DNA from: an uncultured Vicinamibacterales bacterium
Lineage (GTDB): Bacteria; Acidobacteriota; Vicinamibacteria; Vicinamibacterales; JAKQTR01
NCBI GenBank assembly: GCA_964372095.1
Contig: CAYJPV010000003.1
Coordinates: forward strand, 56,963-120,962
Direction of reading: 5' to 3'
DNA: 64,000 bases
Shown here: positions 53,570-62,853 of the stretch, piece after piece
How the letters are laid out: the number at the start of each line of letters is the position of its first letter
Numbering within the stretch: position 1 is the first letter of the stretch
Program-made: the position numbers and the translations under genes
Notes under the pieces: model-generated
What the model saw: only the letters and a program-made list of their open reading frames with translations
The model's database searches: none
Told to the model about the DNA's origin: nothing

Positions 53570-55078
53570 TCAGTGTTCGCGGCGCTGGCTCGACATCACC
53601 GCCTGCCTGGCGCGCCGCGCGCGCTCGGCCTGATCGTCCTGCTCACGCTGGGCGCTCCCGGCGGACTGGGGGGCAGCGGCCGTCTGCGCCAGCGACACCT
53701 GGCCGTGTGTGTCTTCCTCAACCAGGCTGACCTGGCCGGCCTGATCCTCGGCGAGGGACAACTGGCCGGGGGAGGCCCCGCTGACACGGCTCTGGATTTC
53801 GGCGATCGCCTGGCGAGCCGCGCGCCGCAACTCCGCATTGAGCAGGTTCGCCGCCGACGCCTCCCGCAGCGGCACCACAGCCAGCGGCGTGCCGATGCGG
53901 CCCAATGTCTCAGCGGCTGCCACACGCACCTCGGACGAATCGTCGTCCAGCGCCGCGATGAGCGCCTGTTCGGCGCGGGCATCCCCGACGCTGCCCAGGG
54001 CGCGCGCGGCCGCCGCCGCCAGCACGCCGCGGTCCGCTTCGAGGATCTCAACGAGAACCGTCGCGGCCTCCGCCGAACCGGATGCCCCCAGGTTCTCGAC
54101 ACAGGCCAGGGCCGTGGCACCATGCCCGGCTTCGCGAGCCTCACGCAACCGGGTGATCGCACGGCCGGCCGGGAACGCTGCTCCGAGTGCCGCCACAGCC
54201 TTTGCCGCCACGCCGTCAGGAACACCCGCGGACGTCAACTCGAGCAGTGTTGCCTGTCCCTCCGGCCCCAGCGCCGTCGCCGCGTGCAGGCGCACCGCGG
54301 CGTTCTGGTCCGCGAGCGCCGCGACCAGGGCATCGCGCGTAGCCTGATGGCGCGGGAACTCCGTGGTCAGCGTCCGAAGGTCGGCAAGCCTGACGGCCTC
54401 GAGCGTTTCGCCACGCATGTTCGCGGCGATCTGCACCGCCACATCCTCCGGCCGCCGCAGGCGCTGGGCGATGGCCAGCAACTGCGGCAAGACCTCCGGC
54501 AGCCAGGCTTCGGTCCGATCGAAGGGCCGCGACCGGATGTCCACCCGAAGTTCACTGTCCGATACCCGGACCCGGATGTTGGAGAGCCATTTGGGCCCCG
54601 ACGCTCCATCCACCCGGACCCCTTTGTCCAGGAGCACACGCAACGCCCGCCGGGTGTCGGCATCGAAGACGGCCCGGACGAGCCCCGGCTGGCCCTGCAC
54701 GTACGCGGCATCATCGAACGCCGGGTCGCCCAGTTCGATCTCCCGCTCACCGAAGGTCTTCTCAATGGTCGACGTTACGCCTTCGGGTCTGATCGTCAGC
54801 GCGTAGGTCCCGTGCCGCAGGCCGCTCACGGTGACGCGCGTCCCGTTCTCGTATTTCCCGCGGCGGTATCTCTCAACCTTCACGTCGAGGCCGTTAGACC
54901 TGCCCGTGAGTTTTGATTCCAGCCCGACGAAGGTGGACACCTCCACATCGGTCAGGCGCGCCGCGGCCGCGGCCTTCCGCCAGGACTTCGCGAGTTCCTG
55001 GGAGCGCAGCCAGAACAGCAGGTACACCACCGAGCCGACTCCGGCGGCGAGCAGGAAACTGAACAGTCCCTCCATCAC
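53570..55078 (-). CDS. membrane-anchored HEAT-repeat protein with a C-terminal GQ(L/V)SL triple motif
   Basis: N-terminal TM LFSFLLAAGVGSVVYLLFW. Beta-rich middle region. HEAT-like repeats (VRLHAATALG, LAAAAARALGSVGDARAEQALIAALDDDSSEVRVAAAETLGRIG). GAGGTG SD overlaps the stop of the upstream Hsp70 gene. Confidence 0.8.
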   Translation of the reverse strand: MMEGLFSFLLAAGVGSVVYLLFWLRSQELAKSWRKAAAAARLTDVEVSTFVGLESKLTGRSNGLDVKVERYRRGKYENGTRVTVSGLRHGTYALTIRPEGVTSTIEKTFGEREIELGDPAFDDAAYVQGQPGLVRAVFDADTRRALRVLLDKGVRVDGASGPKWLSNIRVRVSDSELRVDIRSRPFDRTEAWLPEVLPQLLAIAQRLRRPEDVAVQIAANMRGETLEAVRLADLRTLTTEFPRHQATRDALVAALADQNAAVRLHAATALGPEGQATLLELTSAGVPDGVAAKAVAALGAAFPAGRAITRLREAREAGHGATALACVENLGASGSAEAATVLVEILEADRGVLAAAAARALGSVGDARAEQALIAALDDDSSEVRVAAAETLGRIGTPLAVVPLREASAANLLNAELRRAARQAIAEIQSRVSGASPGQLSLAEDQAGQVSLVEEDTHGQVSLAQTAAAPQSAGSAQREQDDQAERARRARQAVMSSQRREH

Positions 55079-55083
55079 GCACC

Positions 55084-56766
55084 TCAGAGCAGCCGGACCA
55101 CGGGTTCGTCACGCATCAGATCCCGCCGGGCCAGCAGGTCGTGCACCGTGGCCACGAGCCAGCGGTCCGCGTTGACGCCAAAGGCGATCTCCAGCCGGGG
55201 CCGGCGGTCGTTGGGTTCGTGCGGCGGGTCCAGGTATCCGAGCGTCGGACTGGCCGCGTTCAGCGGCACCACCACCTCGGACTTCCCCGCTGTGCCGCCG
55301 ACGGTCTGCAGGTCGCCAGCCGCGTCCCACACGAATCGCCGCTCGCTGCCGTCCGCGCGTGCGACTTCGCAGATCACGAGGCGGAACACGGACTCGGGTT
55401 CCCCCAGGGCGCACGTCGGTACGACCTGCCGCTTCCAGAAGCCGCCTGTCGTTGGAAACCGCGTGCCACGGGGCACGATGATCGTGTGCTGAGGGGCCCC
55501 GGTCCGCGCATCGTGCGTCACGAAGGCGTAGTCGTGGACGATGAAGTCGGCGGTACCGACGCGGTTGGCGGCATAACACGCGGCGCCGTAGGCGACCGCC
55601 TCGAACGGCTGCCAGGCCCGCACACGACGGCGTTCGAAGCGGCGCTCGAGCAGGGGGAAGACACCGGGGAGCAGCGTCGATCCGCCGACCACCAGCACGT
55701 GGTCGAGATCGGCGGGTGACACCTTGCCGCCTTCGAACATCTCATCGAAACACTCGTCGATCCCGCGGTAGAACCCCTGCTCCTCGAGGATCTCGACGAG
55801 CCTGGCCCGTGTCAGCGTCACCAGCGATGCGCCCGGGTCCCGCAGCGAACCCGGCCCCACCGCGCCCGGCGGGGCCAGCAGAAACGTCGCCGCGTCCTTG
55901 AAGAACACCTCTTCTTTCACGCGGCAGGCTTCCGCCAGCATCAGGCGACGCCAGAACCGTGACTCGTCATCGCCGGCCCACTCGTCGACCGGGTACCCCA
56001 TACGCGCTGAGACGTCGGCCAGCACCCAGCCGTCCACCGCGTTGCCGCCGAGGGGGCGGCCGCGCTTGGCGAGCACCTGGGCGTGTCCCCCTTCGGCGCC
56101 TCTCGGCGTGAACCGGACGACCTCGGTGTGCATCGTGCCCCCGCCGATGTCCACGACGAGGACGAGGCAGTCGTCGGTCAGGCCCAGCCCGTATCCGAGC
56201 GCGACGGCGAGCGGTTCGTCCACAAATCTGACGTGGCGGACACCCAGGTCCTGCAGAATGCCCTGCACCTCCGCGCGGTAGGTTTCGAAGGCCGACACCG
56301 GTGCCGCCACGACGAGATCGCGGATACGCCGGCCCGACGTCCGCTTGGTCTCGGCCAGCAACTCGCGCATAAACGCGTGGGCGGCCATCCGTGCGCTCAC
56401 CGGCTGCCGTCCCAGGCGCGCGAGCGGGCGCCCGGCTTCGGTCCCCAGCGCCGCCTTGAAGCCAGGAACGAACGCGGGATGCGGCGTCGAGCGGTTCCGT
56501 TCGAGTGCCTGCCGGCCGATGAACGCCGTCCGCCCCAGGAACACGCGCTGCGCGAGCGGGCGCCACGCGCCGATCCGGTCGAGCATCCCGCGGTGCTCGA
56601 CCAGGTGCACGGCGGACGGAATCATACGGGGCGCTTCGAGTGGGTCGTCCGCCTCGGGCAGGCGGCAGATGGCGGGGAGATCGACGAGCGCCGCTTGCCC
56701 CGAGGTTTCGTCCCAGCGGGCGATCGCGGAATTCGTCGTGCCGAGGTCAAGTGCCCAGCCGTCCAT
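55084..56766 (-). CDS. atypical Hsp70 family ATPase (DnaK-like NBD with a divergent C-terminal domain)
   Basis: Actin-fold motifs LDLGTTNSAIA (phosphate 1), VVDIGGGTMH (phosphate 2) and LVVGGSTLLPGV (adenosine). The C-terminal 170 aa or so show no canonical SBD lid. 5-nt gap to the downstream gene. Confidence 0.85.
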   Translation of the reverse strand: MDGWALDLGTTNSAIARWDETSGQAALVDLPAICRLPEADDPLEAPRMIPSAVHLVEHRGMLDRIGAWRPLAQRVFLGRTAFIGRQALERNRSTPHPAFVPGFKAALGTEAGRPLARLGRQPVSARMAAHAFMRELLAETKRTSGRRIRDLVVAAPVSAFETYRAEVQGILQDLGVRHVRFVDEPLAVALGYGLGLTDDCLVLVVDIGGGTMHTEVVRFTPRGAEGGHAQVLAKRGRPLGGNAVDGWVLADVSARMGYPVDEWAGDDESRFWRRLMLAEACRVKEEVFFKDAATFLLAPPGAVGPGSLRDPGASLVTLTRARLVEILEEQGFYRGIDECFDEMFEGGKVSPADLDHVLVVGGSTLLPGVFPLLERRFERRRVRAWQPFEAVAYGAACYAANRVGTADFIVHDYAFVTHDARTGAPQHTIIVPRGTRFPTTGGFWKRQVVPTCALGEPESVFRLVICEVARADGSERRFVWDAAGDLQTVGGTAGKSEVVVPLNAASPTLGYLDPPHEPNDRRPRLEIAFGVNADRWLVATVHDLLARRDLMRDEPVVRLL

Positions 56767-56905
56767 GTCGGCCCACTGTACGACCAACGCAGGCCGCGTT
56801 CAATCGGCCCGGTCACGCCCCAGGACGAATCGGCCGACCGCGCAGGCGCAAACCGGCCCGCCCGGCGCACACACTGGGTGTCGCTGCACGGGTTCGCTTG
56901 GACGC

Positions 56906-58153
56906 ATGGTTTGCATCGGCCATAATCGGCCTGTGTCCGGACCGCACCGTCCTCAGCCATTTGCCACCGAGCATCCGGCCCTCGTCCTCGGACTGGCCGA
57001 AACCGGGCTCGGGGTGGTGAGAGGGCTTGGCCGCTCGGGCGTGATCACGTTCGGACTTGACCACCGTGCCCGCCTCGGCGCCCGATCCCGACACGTCACG
57101 GCACAGCGGTGTCCCCATCCCGAATCCGACGAGGCCGGATTCGTCGATGCCCTGCTGGCCGTGGCCCGGGCGTGCCGATCGGCACCCGTGCTGTTCATTA
57201 CCGCCGACGTCTTTCTGCGCGCGGTGGCCAGGGTCTGGTCGCAGCTCGTACCCCACTTCCGCCTGCTCCTGCCGCCGCCCGCGCTCGTCACGACCCTGAT
57301 CGACAAACACCACCTCTACCGCTGCTGCCTCGGTCACGGCATCGACGTGCCTCGGTCGGTCCACGTCGCACGGGACGCTGATCCTGGCGCCCTGCTGGAG
57401 ACGCTGGCCTTCCCGGTCTTCATCAAGCCGAGTACCGCCGCGACTCGCCGCGCGGCATTTCGCGGTCCGGCGAAAGGCGTGGTGGCAGCCGATCCCGACC
57501 AGGCCCGGCGCATCGCGAGCGAGGTCATGGCGCGTGGCGGCGACGTCATGATCCAGGAGATTGTCGAGGGGCCTGACAGTCAGTGTTACAAGTACTGCGC
57601 CTGTGTCGCTGCCGACGGCCGCCCGCTGCTCGAGTTCTCGCTCCAGAAACTGCGCAACTATCCGGCTCATTTCGGCGTCGGCTGTTGCTGCGTCAGCCGT
57701 TCCGTGCCGGAGGTGCTGGCGCTCGGCCGGCAGATCTTCGAGGCGATCGGGTATCGCGGAGTCGGGTCGATCGAGTTCAAGCGGGACGCCCGTGACGGGC
57801 GGCTGAAACTCATCGAGATCAACGCCCGGTACTGGCAGCAGGTGGCGCTCCCGACCGCGTGCGGCATGAACTTCCCCGTCACGCACTACCTTGAGGCCAC
57901 CGGTCAGGCGCCCGAGCCGCTGCTGACGTTCCGCGAGGGCGTCACGTGGATGAACCTGGAACTCGACGCCGCCTCCTGCCTCGAGTACCAGCGCGAGGGC
58001 ACGCTGAGCTGGACCGAGTGGCGTGAGAGTCTCCGGGGGCCCACGGTGACGTCAGACACCGAGTGGACGGACCCGTGGCCGACGCTGGGCAGCGGCAGAC
58101 CATGGAGAATCGCCGGCCGATGGGCGGCCGTACTGGCGGGGTTTCTGCGATGA
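56906..58153 (+). CDS. ATP-grasp domain protein (COG3919-like carboxylate-amine ligase)
   Basis: FPVFIKPS, MIQEIVEGPDSQCYKY and GVGSIEFKRDARDGRLKLIEINARYW. The start is uncertain (ATG 56906 or GTG 56933). Confidence 0.8.
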   Translation: MVCIGHNRPVSGPHRPQPFATEHPALVLGLAETGLGVVRGLGRSGVITFGLDHRARLGARSRHVTAQRCPHPESDEAGFVDALLAVARACRSAPVLFITADVFLRAVARVWSQLVPHFRLLLPPPALVTTLIDKHHLYRCCLGHGIDVPRSVHVARDADPGALLETLAFPVFIKPSTAATRRAAFRGPAKGVVAADPDQARRIASEVMARGGDVMIQEIVEGPDSQCYKYCACVAADGRPLLEFSLQKLRNYPAHFGVGCCCVSRSVPEVLALGRQIFEAIGYRGVGSIEFKRDARDGRLKLIEINARYWQQVALPTACGMNFPVTHYLEATGQAPEPLLTFREGVTWMNLELDAASCLEYQREGTLSWTEWRESLRGPTVTSDTEWTDPWPTLGSGRPWRIAGRWAAVLAGFLR

Positions 58154-58890
58154 CGAGCGCACCACACCGCGTCCTCATCACTGGCGGGCGGCGCGGCCTT
58201 GGGCGCCGCCTGGCCCTGCATCTGGCCGGGCACGGCCACGTCGTGCACCTGCTTGGCCGCGCGCCGCACGAATCACTCGACCCCGAACTGCGCGCGGCCG
58301 TCGCCGGCTGTCTGGTGGCGGATCTGGCCGATCGAGCTGCCCTCGACGCGGCCCTCGCGCAAGCCGCGCGCCTCGACCCGCCCGTCGATGCGCTGATTGC
58401 CAACGCTGCCATCAGGCCATCCGGGCAACACCTGCTGGATCAGGATGCCGACGTGCTCCAGTCTCACATCGACGTCAACCTGACGGCACCCCTGCTCATC
58501 CTCCGGGCCCTGATGCCGTCGATGATCCGGCACGGGCACGGGCGCGTGATTCTGATCGGATCCCGAGCGGCGTTCAGACGAGTCCCTCGAGAAGTCACCT
58601 ACGCCGCGTCCAAGGCCGGACTCGTGGCGCTCGTGGAATCGCTGGCCCGTGAGGTGGACCAGCCGGACGTCACCGTCAACGCAGTCTGTCCGGGCAGGTT
58701 CTCCACCGCCTCGCGCCCGGAGTCCGCACGCGAGGCCCGGGTCATCCGCGGCGTCCTCACTCGCGTCGACCGGCTGCTCGAATCCCGCCTCACCGGCCGC
58801 GTCATGCTGGTGGCCCCCTGGCGCCACCGCATCAAGGACGCCGGACGGGAAGTTGTTCGCGCGCTCCGGTTGCTGACGCCAGGAGGATAA
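58150..58890 (+). CDS. SDR family oxidoreductase
   Basis: VLITGGRRGLGRRLA (TGxxxGxG) and YAASKAG (YxxxK). ATGA overlap with the ATP-grasp gene. Confidence 0.85.
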   Translation: MTSAPHRVLITGGRRGLGRRLALHLAGHGHVVHLLGRAPHESLDPELRAAVAGCLVADLADRAALDAALAQAARLDPPVDALIANAAIRPSGQHLLDQDADVLQSHIDVNLTAPLLILRALMPSMIRHGHGRVILIGSRAAFRRVPREVTYAASKAGLVALVESLAREVDQPDVTVNAVCPGRFSTASRPESAREARVIRGVLTRVDRLLESRLTGRVMLVAPWRHRIKDAGREVVRALRLLTPGG

Positions 58891-58903
58891 TCGGCGTCGG
58901 GTG

Positions 58904-59839
58904 TCAGGCGCCCAGGAGCCTGCGGATGATGGGTTCCAACGCCTCCTCAGTCATGCGGCCGGGATTGTAGAGACGGACGTTGCCCTCCCGATCGACGATA
59001 ACCAGCGTCGGCGTGGTGCTGACCCCGTAGCGTTCGAGGTTCGAGACGTCGAGGGGAACCGGCAGGTTGCCGAGCCAGGCATACGACGCCTGCCGCACCT
59101 GGTCGATGTAGCGCTTCTCTTCGTCCGGCGCGGCCGTCGCGCCGCGGGCCGCGTAGCCGTAGCGCTGGGTCGGCGCGATCACCGTCAGGCCGCGGTTCCC
59201 GTAGCGCTCGAGCAGACTGGCAAGCGCCGGCCCCTGGGTCTTGCAGTCACCGCACCAGTGCGCCCAGAAGAACAGCACGACGACCTTGCCCTTGAGCGCG
59301 CTGAGCGCGGGTGGTTTCGTTCCCAGGAACTCGGCGCCGTCGAGGCGCGGGGCCTCAATGCCCTCGAGACTCAGCAGGTTGATGTTCTTCTGGATTCGTT
59401 TGTTCAGCGACGTGCTGCCGTAGGTCGCGAGTTGCTGGCGCAGGAACGCGACCGCCTCGGACCGGGCGCCGCGTTTTGCACCGGCCTGCGCCAGCACTTC
59501 GATGGAAGCCCCGACGGCCGTAGCCAGGTTCGGGTCGTCATCGACACGCCGGCGTTTCAGTTCGACGAGGCTCAGGTCGTACGCCTGCTGGCTGTAGGCC
59601 TCGGCCTTGTCGAGCTGCCCTGCCGCCAGAGCCCCGCGGCCGAGCCACGAGATGGCGGCCAGCATCTGCGGCACGTCGCCGCCCGCCGCGCGGTGCGCCG
59701 CGATGAGCCGCTCACCCTCCGCGAAGTCCTGCTTCGCGATGGCCGCCCGCACGCCGGCGACCAGCGTCGGCGCCTGCTGCGTGTGCACAAGGACACCGGC
59801 CAGCAGTGCCAGCACGACGACGAGGCTCGTTCTGTTCAC
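58904..59839 (-). CDS. TlpA/ResA-like thiol:disulfide oxidoreductase with an N-terminal helical (TPR-like) domain
   Basis: Signal/anchor peptide. Thioredoxin-fold motif FFWAHWCGDCK (CxxC). Confidence 0.8.
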   Translation of the reverse strand: MNRTSLVVVLALLAGVLVHTQQAPTLVAGVRAAIAKQDFAEGERLIAAHRAAGGDVPQMLAAISWLGRGALAAGQLDKAEAYSQQAYDLSLVELKRRRVDDDPNLATAVGASIEVLAQAGAKRGARSEAVAFLRQQLATYGSTSLNKRIQKNINLLSLEGIEAPRLDGAEFLGTKPPALSALKGKVVVLFFWAHWCGDCKTQGPALASLLERYGNRGLTVIAPTQRYGYAARGATAAPDEEKRYIDQVRQASYAWLGNLPVPLDVSNLERYGVSTTPTLVIVDREGNVRLYNPGRMTEEALEPIIRRLLGA

Positions 59840-59856
59840 ATCTCCTCCTGGGGGCT

Positions 59857-61062
59857 CTACTTGTTCACGTCGCGAATCCGGGCCGCGAACTGATCGACGT
59901 ACTGCGTGAGCGTGCGCACCACCGTCTCGCCATGGCTGCCGGCCCCGCTGCCCGTGAGGCCACCCTTGTGGAGGAGGGACGCCTGCAGGAGCACGGGGCG
60001 GGTCCCGTGCGTGAGCGCGGCCGTCGTGTTCGAGTAGACGTACGCGTCATATCGCGAGAAGCAGAACCCGGTACTCATCGCGGTGGTCATGACATGCACA
60101 TAGACGTACGTGTCGTCGTCGGCGTTGCGCGACACGCGGAGGCCCGCGGCCGTCAGGCTCTTCGACACGGCCGATTCGATGGCCTCCTGCTTCAGGCCGC
60201 ACTTCGCGGCGTCGGGTCCCATCTCTTCGACCACGACGCCAAGCGTGGACAAGCCGATCAGCTCGGCGCCAGGACGCTGATCGAGCGGTCCGCCTGCCGA
60301 AGGCACGGGTGACACCGGCACGAGAGCCTGGCCCGGATCAGTCGCACCAGCCGGGGGCTGCGCCGCAGCGGCCCGCTGCGACGGCAGCATCGGGAGCGCC
60401 GGCGCAGCCGGTGTTGCCGGGCGTTCGGGCGCACCGGCGTCTCCGGCTTTCGCCGGCTCGTACACCCGTACCACCGTGTCATGGCCTCCGCGCTCGATCA
60501 ACTCGGCCGACACGACGAGCTGCGGCGGGTCGTCCTTGCGGGCGTAGGCGTAACGAACCTCACGCCCCGGCTCCACCTTGTAGCGGACCACCAGGCGCCC
60601 GCCGTCCCATCTGGCGGACGTGATCATGGGACCTGCGTCGAGCGCCTGCGCCTCGTCACGCCCGTCCGTGTGGAAGGTGCGCACGCGCCCGCCGGGGAGG
60701 GTCATCGTCACGGCCGCGGCCGACTGGGCGATGACCAGCCGGGCAGGAGGGGTGCGCACTTCATCCAGAATCTGGCGGGAGTTCCTGGCTTCTGCTTCGG
60801 TCAGCGGCCTCGACGTCAACGATCTGGGATTACCGCTCCGGCCCTCATCCGCGATGCCGCCGCTGTCGACGGATCGCCCCGCTGGTACGACGTCCATCCC
60901 GAAGCCGATGTCCCGCGGGAACTGGCTCAGTTCACGGTTGAGCGTCCACGTCCCGGCCAGTTCGGCTGGAGCCACGGCCGCAGGTCTCCCCTGGCCGGCC
61001 ATTATCGTGGCGCACGCAGCCATCAGGCTGACACTCAGCGCCGCCGCGTTCACTCGAGTCAT
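59857..61062 (-). CDS. hypothetical secreted two-domain protein with a Pro/Ala-rich linker
   Basis: ATG 61062 gives the signal peptide MTRVNAAALSVSLMAACATIMAG. Central linker PERPATPAAPALPMLPSQRAAAAQPPAG. No known domain recognised. Confidence 0.6.
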   Translation of the reverse strand: MTRVNAAALSVSLMAACATIMAGQGRPAAVAPAELAGTWTLNRELSQFPRDIGFGMDVVPAGRSVDSGGIADEGRSGNPRSLTSRPLTEAEARNSRQILDEVRTPPARLVIAQSAAAVTMTLPGGRVRTFHTDGRDEAQALDAGPMITSARWDGGRLVVRYKVEPGREVRYAYARKDDPPQLVVSAELIERGGHDTVVRVYEPAKAGDAGAPERPATPAAPALPMLPSQRAAAAQPPAGATDPGQALVPVSPVPSAGGPLDQRPGAELIGLSTLGVVVEEMGPDAAKCGLKQEAIESAVSKSLTAAGLRVSRNADDDTYVYVHVMTTAMSTGFCFSRYDAYVYSNTTAALTHGTRPVLLQASLLHKGGLTGSGAGSHGETVVRTLTQYVDQFAARIRDVNK

Positions 61063-61170
61063 GCGTACAGAATACAGGCCTTCGCCAGCCGCGCAACACC
61101 CGGCCGCCGGGCCGCGGGTGAACCGGTTGCGCGGCGCGAACGGGCGCCGGGTCCGGTTGTAGTATGGGAT

Positions 61171-62337
61171 GTGGCCCTTGCAGAACGGATACGCTTCGTT
61201 GACCTCGCCCGGGCAGCCGCCGTGCTGCTCATGATCCAGGGCCACACCATTCACGTCCTGCTGGCGCCCCAGCACCAGGGTAATCTGGCGTTCGACATCT
61301 GGATGTACGTGCGCGGCCTGACGTCGTGCACCTTTCTGGTGCTCTCCGGCTTTTCGTTCGGACTGGCGACGGACCGCCGGTGGGACCTGCATGCCGCTCC
61401 CACGCGGGACGTCGTCCGCCGCATCCGGCGCTACGCCTTCCTGCTCGTCCTCGGATACGCGCTGCACATTCCCGTGAAGCCGCTGGCCGACATGGCCCGG
61501 GCCACGGCCGACCAGTGGCGGGCGCTGTTCCTGGTCGACATCCTCCAGGTCGTCGCCGTCACGCTCGCCGCGTTGCAGGTGGCCGTCTGGGTGCTGCGCA
61601 CACGCCGCCGGCTCGAGGTGGCGGTGCTCGCAAGCATCGCCGGCGTCGTGATCGCGACGCCCATCATGTGGCGCATCGACCGCCTGTCGGGACTGCCGCC
61701 CTGGATGGTCGCGTACCTCTCACCTGCCGAAGGATCGTTCTTTCCGCTGTTTCCCTGGAGCGCGTACATCCTGCTCGGCACCGCGTTGAGCCTCTGGTTC
61801 GGCCGTGCAGCCGCGCGGGGCGATGGCGGTCGCCCGCACGAAGGACATCCGCCGGCAGGCTGGTCGGTGGCGGCCGCAGGTCCATCGCTGCTCGTCGCCG
61901 GCGGCGCCATGGTGATAATCGGGACCGCCCTGGCTCACGTGCCCCTGGCCCCGTACGGCCCGATCGACCTGTGGGGCGCCAGCCCGAATCTGTTTCTCCT
62001 CAAGGCAGGTTCGGTCCTCATCCTGCTCTCGGCGTTCGTCCGGATCCCGCTCGGCGGCCGGCCCCTGCCCGGGTGGGTGACGGCCCTCTCGCGCGAGTCG
62101 CTCACCGTGTACGTCGTCCACCTCGCCGTGCTGTACGGGTCAATCTGGAACACGGGCCTGAGGCAGACCGTCGGCCAGCGCCTGGACTGGCCGGGTGTCA
62201 TCGTCGGAATCGTCCTCGTGGCGGGCGCGATGGCGCTGCTCGCCTGGAGCTGGGACCGCTGCAAACGACTGACGCCCAGGCTCGCCGTCGTAATTCGCGT
62301 GACGGCGGCCATCTTCCTGACGTACAAACTGCTCTAA
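61171..62337 (+). CDS. DUF1624/heparan-alpha-glucosaminide N-acetyltransferase-like membrane acyltransferase
   Basis: N-terminal RIRFVDLARAAAVLLMIQGH motif with about 9 TM helices. GTG 61171 is the only in-frame start upstream of the conserved N-terminus. Confidence 0.75.
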   Translation: MALAERIRFVDLARAAAVLLMIQGHTIHVLLAPQHQGNLAFDIWMYVRGLTSCTFLVLSGFSFGLATDRRWDLHAAPTRDVVRRIRRYAFLLVLGYALHIPVKPLADMARATADQWRALFLVDILQVVAVTLAALQVAVWVLRTRRRLEVAVLASIAGVVIATPIMWRIDRLSGLPPWMVAYLSPAEGSFFPLFPWSAYILLGTALSLWFGRAAARGDGGRPHEGHPPAGWSVAAAGPSLLVAGGAMVIIGTALAHVPLAPYGPIDLWGASPNLFLLKAGSVLILLSAFVRIPLGGRPLPGWVTALSRESLTVYVVHLAVLYGSIWNTGLRQTVGQRLDWPGVIVGIVLVAGAMALLAWSWDRCKRLTPRLAVVIRVTAAIFLTYKLL

Positions 62338-62338
62338 G

Positions 62339-62400
62339 ATCGGCTATCGGCTATCGGCTATCGGCTATCGGCTATCGGCTTCTGGCTTCGCGCTTCGGCC
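62339..62400 (+). repeat. heptanucleotide tandem array ATCGGCT x6 plus 3 degenerate units
   Basis: Starts 2 nt after the TAA stop (62335-62337). atcggct x6, then tctggct, tcgcgct, tcggccc. Confidence 0.95.
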
Positions 62401-62454
62401 CCTCTTCACCGTGTCACGGTGCGGGCGGCGGATAGCCCGCAGAAAGGAGCAGCG

Positions 62455-62841
62455 ATGATCGCCACGAGACTGACCTCCGTGCCGCACGTGTTCGCGGCCG
62501 TGCTGGTGTTCACGGCCATGGGTTGTGGACCGGGCACCGCCACGGGAGACGTTGACAAGGTCCGCATCGAGATCTCTGCCGTGGACGTCACGGTGACGAA
62601 CACGGCCGGCCGGGCGCTGCTGGATGCCCGCCTCGAAATCGTTCGCGGCGCCGGTGCCAACCGGTACTCCGTCCACGTGGGCCGACTGGAAAACGGCGAA
62701 CGCCGCAGTTTCGTGTTCAGTCGTTTCACAGACCGCGACGCTGTTCCTTACAGTCCGAGGACGGCCAAGGCATCGACCGTTGCCTTTCAGGCAAAGGATG
62801 TCGACGACACAGTTGTGCAGCTCGAAGTCCCCTGGAAGTAG
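62455..62841 (+). CDS. hypothetical lipoprotein
   Basis: ATG 62455. Lipobox VFTAMGCG. 128 aa. No known domain. Confidence 0.6.
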   Translation: MIATRLTSVPHVFAAVLVFTAMGCGPGTATGDVDKVRIEISAVDVTVTNTAGRALLDARLEIVRGAGANRYSVHVGRLENGERRSFVFSRFTDRDAVPYSPRTAKASTVAFQAKDVDDTVVQLEVPWK

Positions 62842-62853
62842 CCGGCACCGCGG

